Positions 62,961 to 64,000 of a stretch of 64,000 nt of DNA are shown in pieces. Every line of letters starts with the position of its first letter. Position 1 is the first letter of the stretch. The DNA lies in contig NMRA01000014.1 of the NCBI GenBank assembly GCA_002633005.1, positions 295,753-359,752 of the forward strand, in the 5' to 3' direction. The translations under genes were made by a program, and so were the position numbers. The stretch comes from Phoronis australis. Lineage: Eukaryota > Animalia > Phoronida. The notes beneath the pieces were generated by a model. The model searched no databases. It saw nothing but the letters and a program-made list of their open reading frames with translations, and had not been told where the DNA came from.

Positions 62961-63740
62961 CCCTCATATGTTTCACTGGCTTAATTCATAGCTTGCATTC
63001 TTTAAGGGAAACGAAAAATGCGTTCTTTCATATTGTGCTTGTTTGCTATCGCATATATTCAGCTGATCGGCCCAGGTCAAGTCTACCTAATGCAAAAGAA
63101 AATGTTTCTCATTCGTCTACAAATATCGTTAATTTACAATGCAAATGCCACAAGCCCGTCGTAAAACCATATTTACATGTACGCTTTCCTTCGCAACCAC
63201 AGTTAATTTGTAAAATATGGCGACTACCGTTGTTTTGCAAGTGACCGTCGCCCTGATTGCCTGGAATTGCAGTCCAACCTCGTTACAGTGTACCCTACCC
63301 AGAAAGTTGAGAGGACTATAACGTACAAACGGGCAAGTTCCGATTTAAGCCAATGAATGAAACTCTACCCTGGTTGGAACGAAATATCAAACGTAGTTAA
63401 TTTGAAGGTCCCTTGTAGACGTTGTAAAAGGTTAGACTCTATTTGCTTGATTAACGTGTTGGAAATACTAGAGAGTAACCAGGTGTCGCAAATGTTTTCT
63501 CAGACCCAGCGCTAAATAACAATAAAATTTGGTAGTCTCCTCAACTGAATCCAACTACCGGCACAATGACCGGGTTTGCGAAGCAATTAAAAACCACGTC
63601 GTACCAAAAATCTATATCCAAGCAAAGTATAACATTTAACTGATAACTGAAAGGTCGCTGTGTACAAGCTGTAAGCATGAGATACTTTTTTCGAACTACA
63701 ACAAATTAGTTTTCATATTGTACATTTATTGTCTTTCCAG

Positions 63741-63939
63741 ATGCGTGACCGTGGGATTCCCGTCGACAAGGGGTGGGCATGGGTTGTGATGCTGTGCGGG
63801 CTTGCAATACACATCCTAGTCGGTGGCGCTGTCTACAGTGTCAGCGTGCTGAACGTTCTGTTCATCGAGGCGTTTCAGGACAGTCGTGCCAATACGGCTT
63901 GGATTGGCGCACTGACGAACACTATGTTGTCTTGCACAG
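63741..63939 (+). CDS. SLC16: Monocarboxylate transporter (SLC16, MFS) first coding exon; gene continues beyond the window
   Basis: Acceptor TCTTTCCAG|ATG. MRDRGIPVDKGWAWVVM..TAWIGAL is the SLC16 'D-GG-W-G-W-VV' TM1 signature plus TM2. Donor G|GTTAGA. Confidence 0.9.
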
Positions 63940-64000
63940 GTTAGACATTTAAATGTCGCGATTGCTTGTCAGAGATGTTTACATGCATAGTACGTATTTG

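Overview
AT-rich, repeat-dense eukaryotic DNA, probably from a marine invertebrate (inferred from the transposon families and TACATGTA enrichment). Most ORF-track entries are spurious. Host coding content appears limited to (i) three phase-compatible exons (19495-19661, 23473-23859, 26416-26599, +) encoding about 245 aa of a Cys-rich, probably secreted protein I cannot assign to a family, and (ii) the first coding exon of an SLC16/MCT transporter (63741-63939). The rest is largely nested mobile DNA: a truncated Gmr1-like Ty3/Gypsy element plus a solo LTR of the same family; a 3-kb foldback element with ~1.2-kb inverted arms and a 7-bp TSD; a mini-LTR element with unusual TA...TA ends; two Helentron/HINE-like repeat families (one in head-to-tail arrays, one carrying repeated CTCF-like motifs); a TTAA-flanked Kolobok-like element; four THAP relics; pogo, HIRAN, Penelope and LINE relics; 5-bp-TSD MITEs; and tRNA-derived SINEs, one followed by a degenerate hammerhead ribozyme motif. 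An intact intronless PHD-like ORF lies at 49676-50056. All calls were made by eye; no searches were run.
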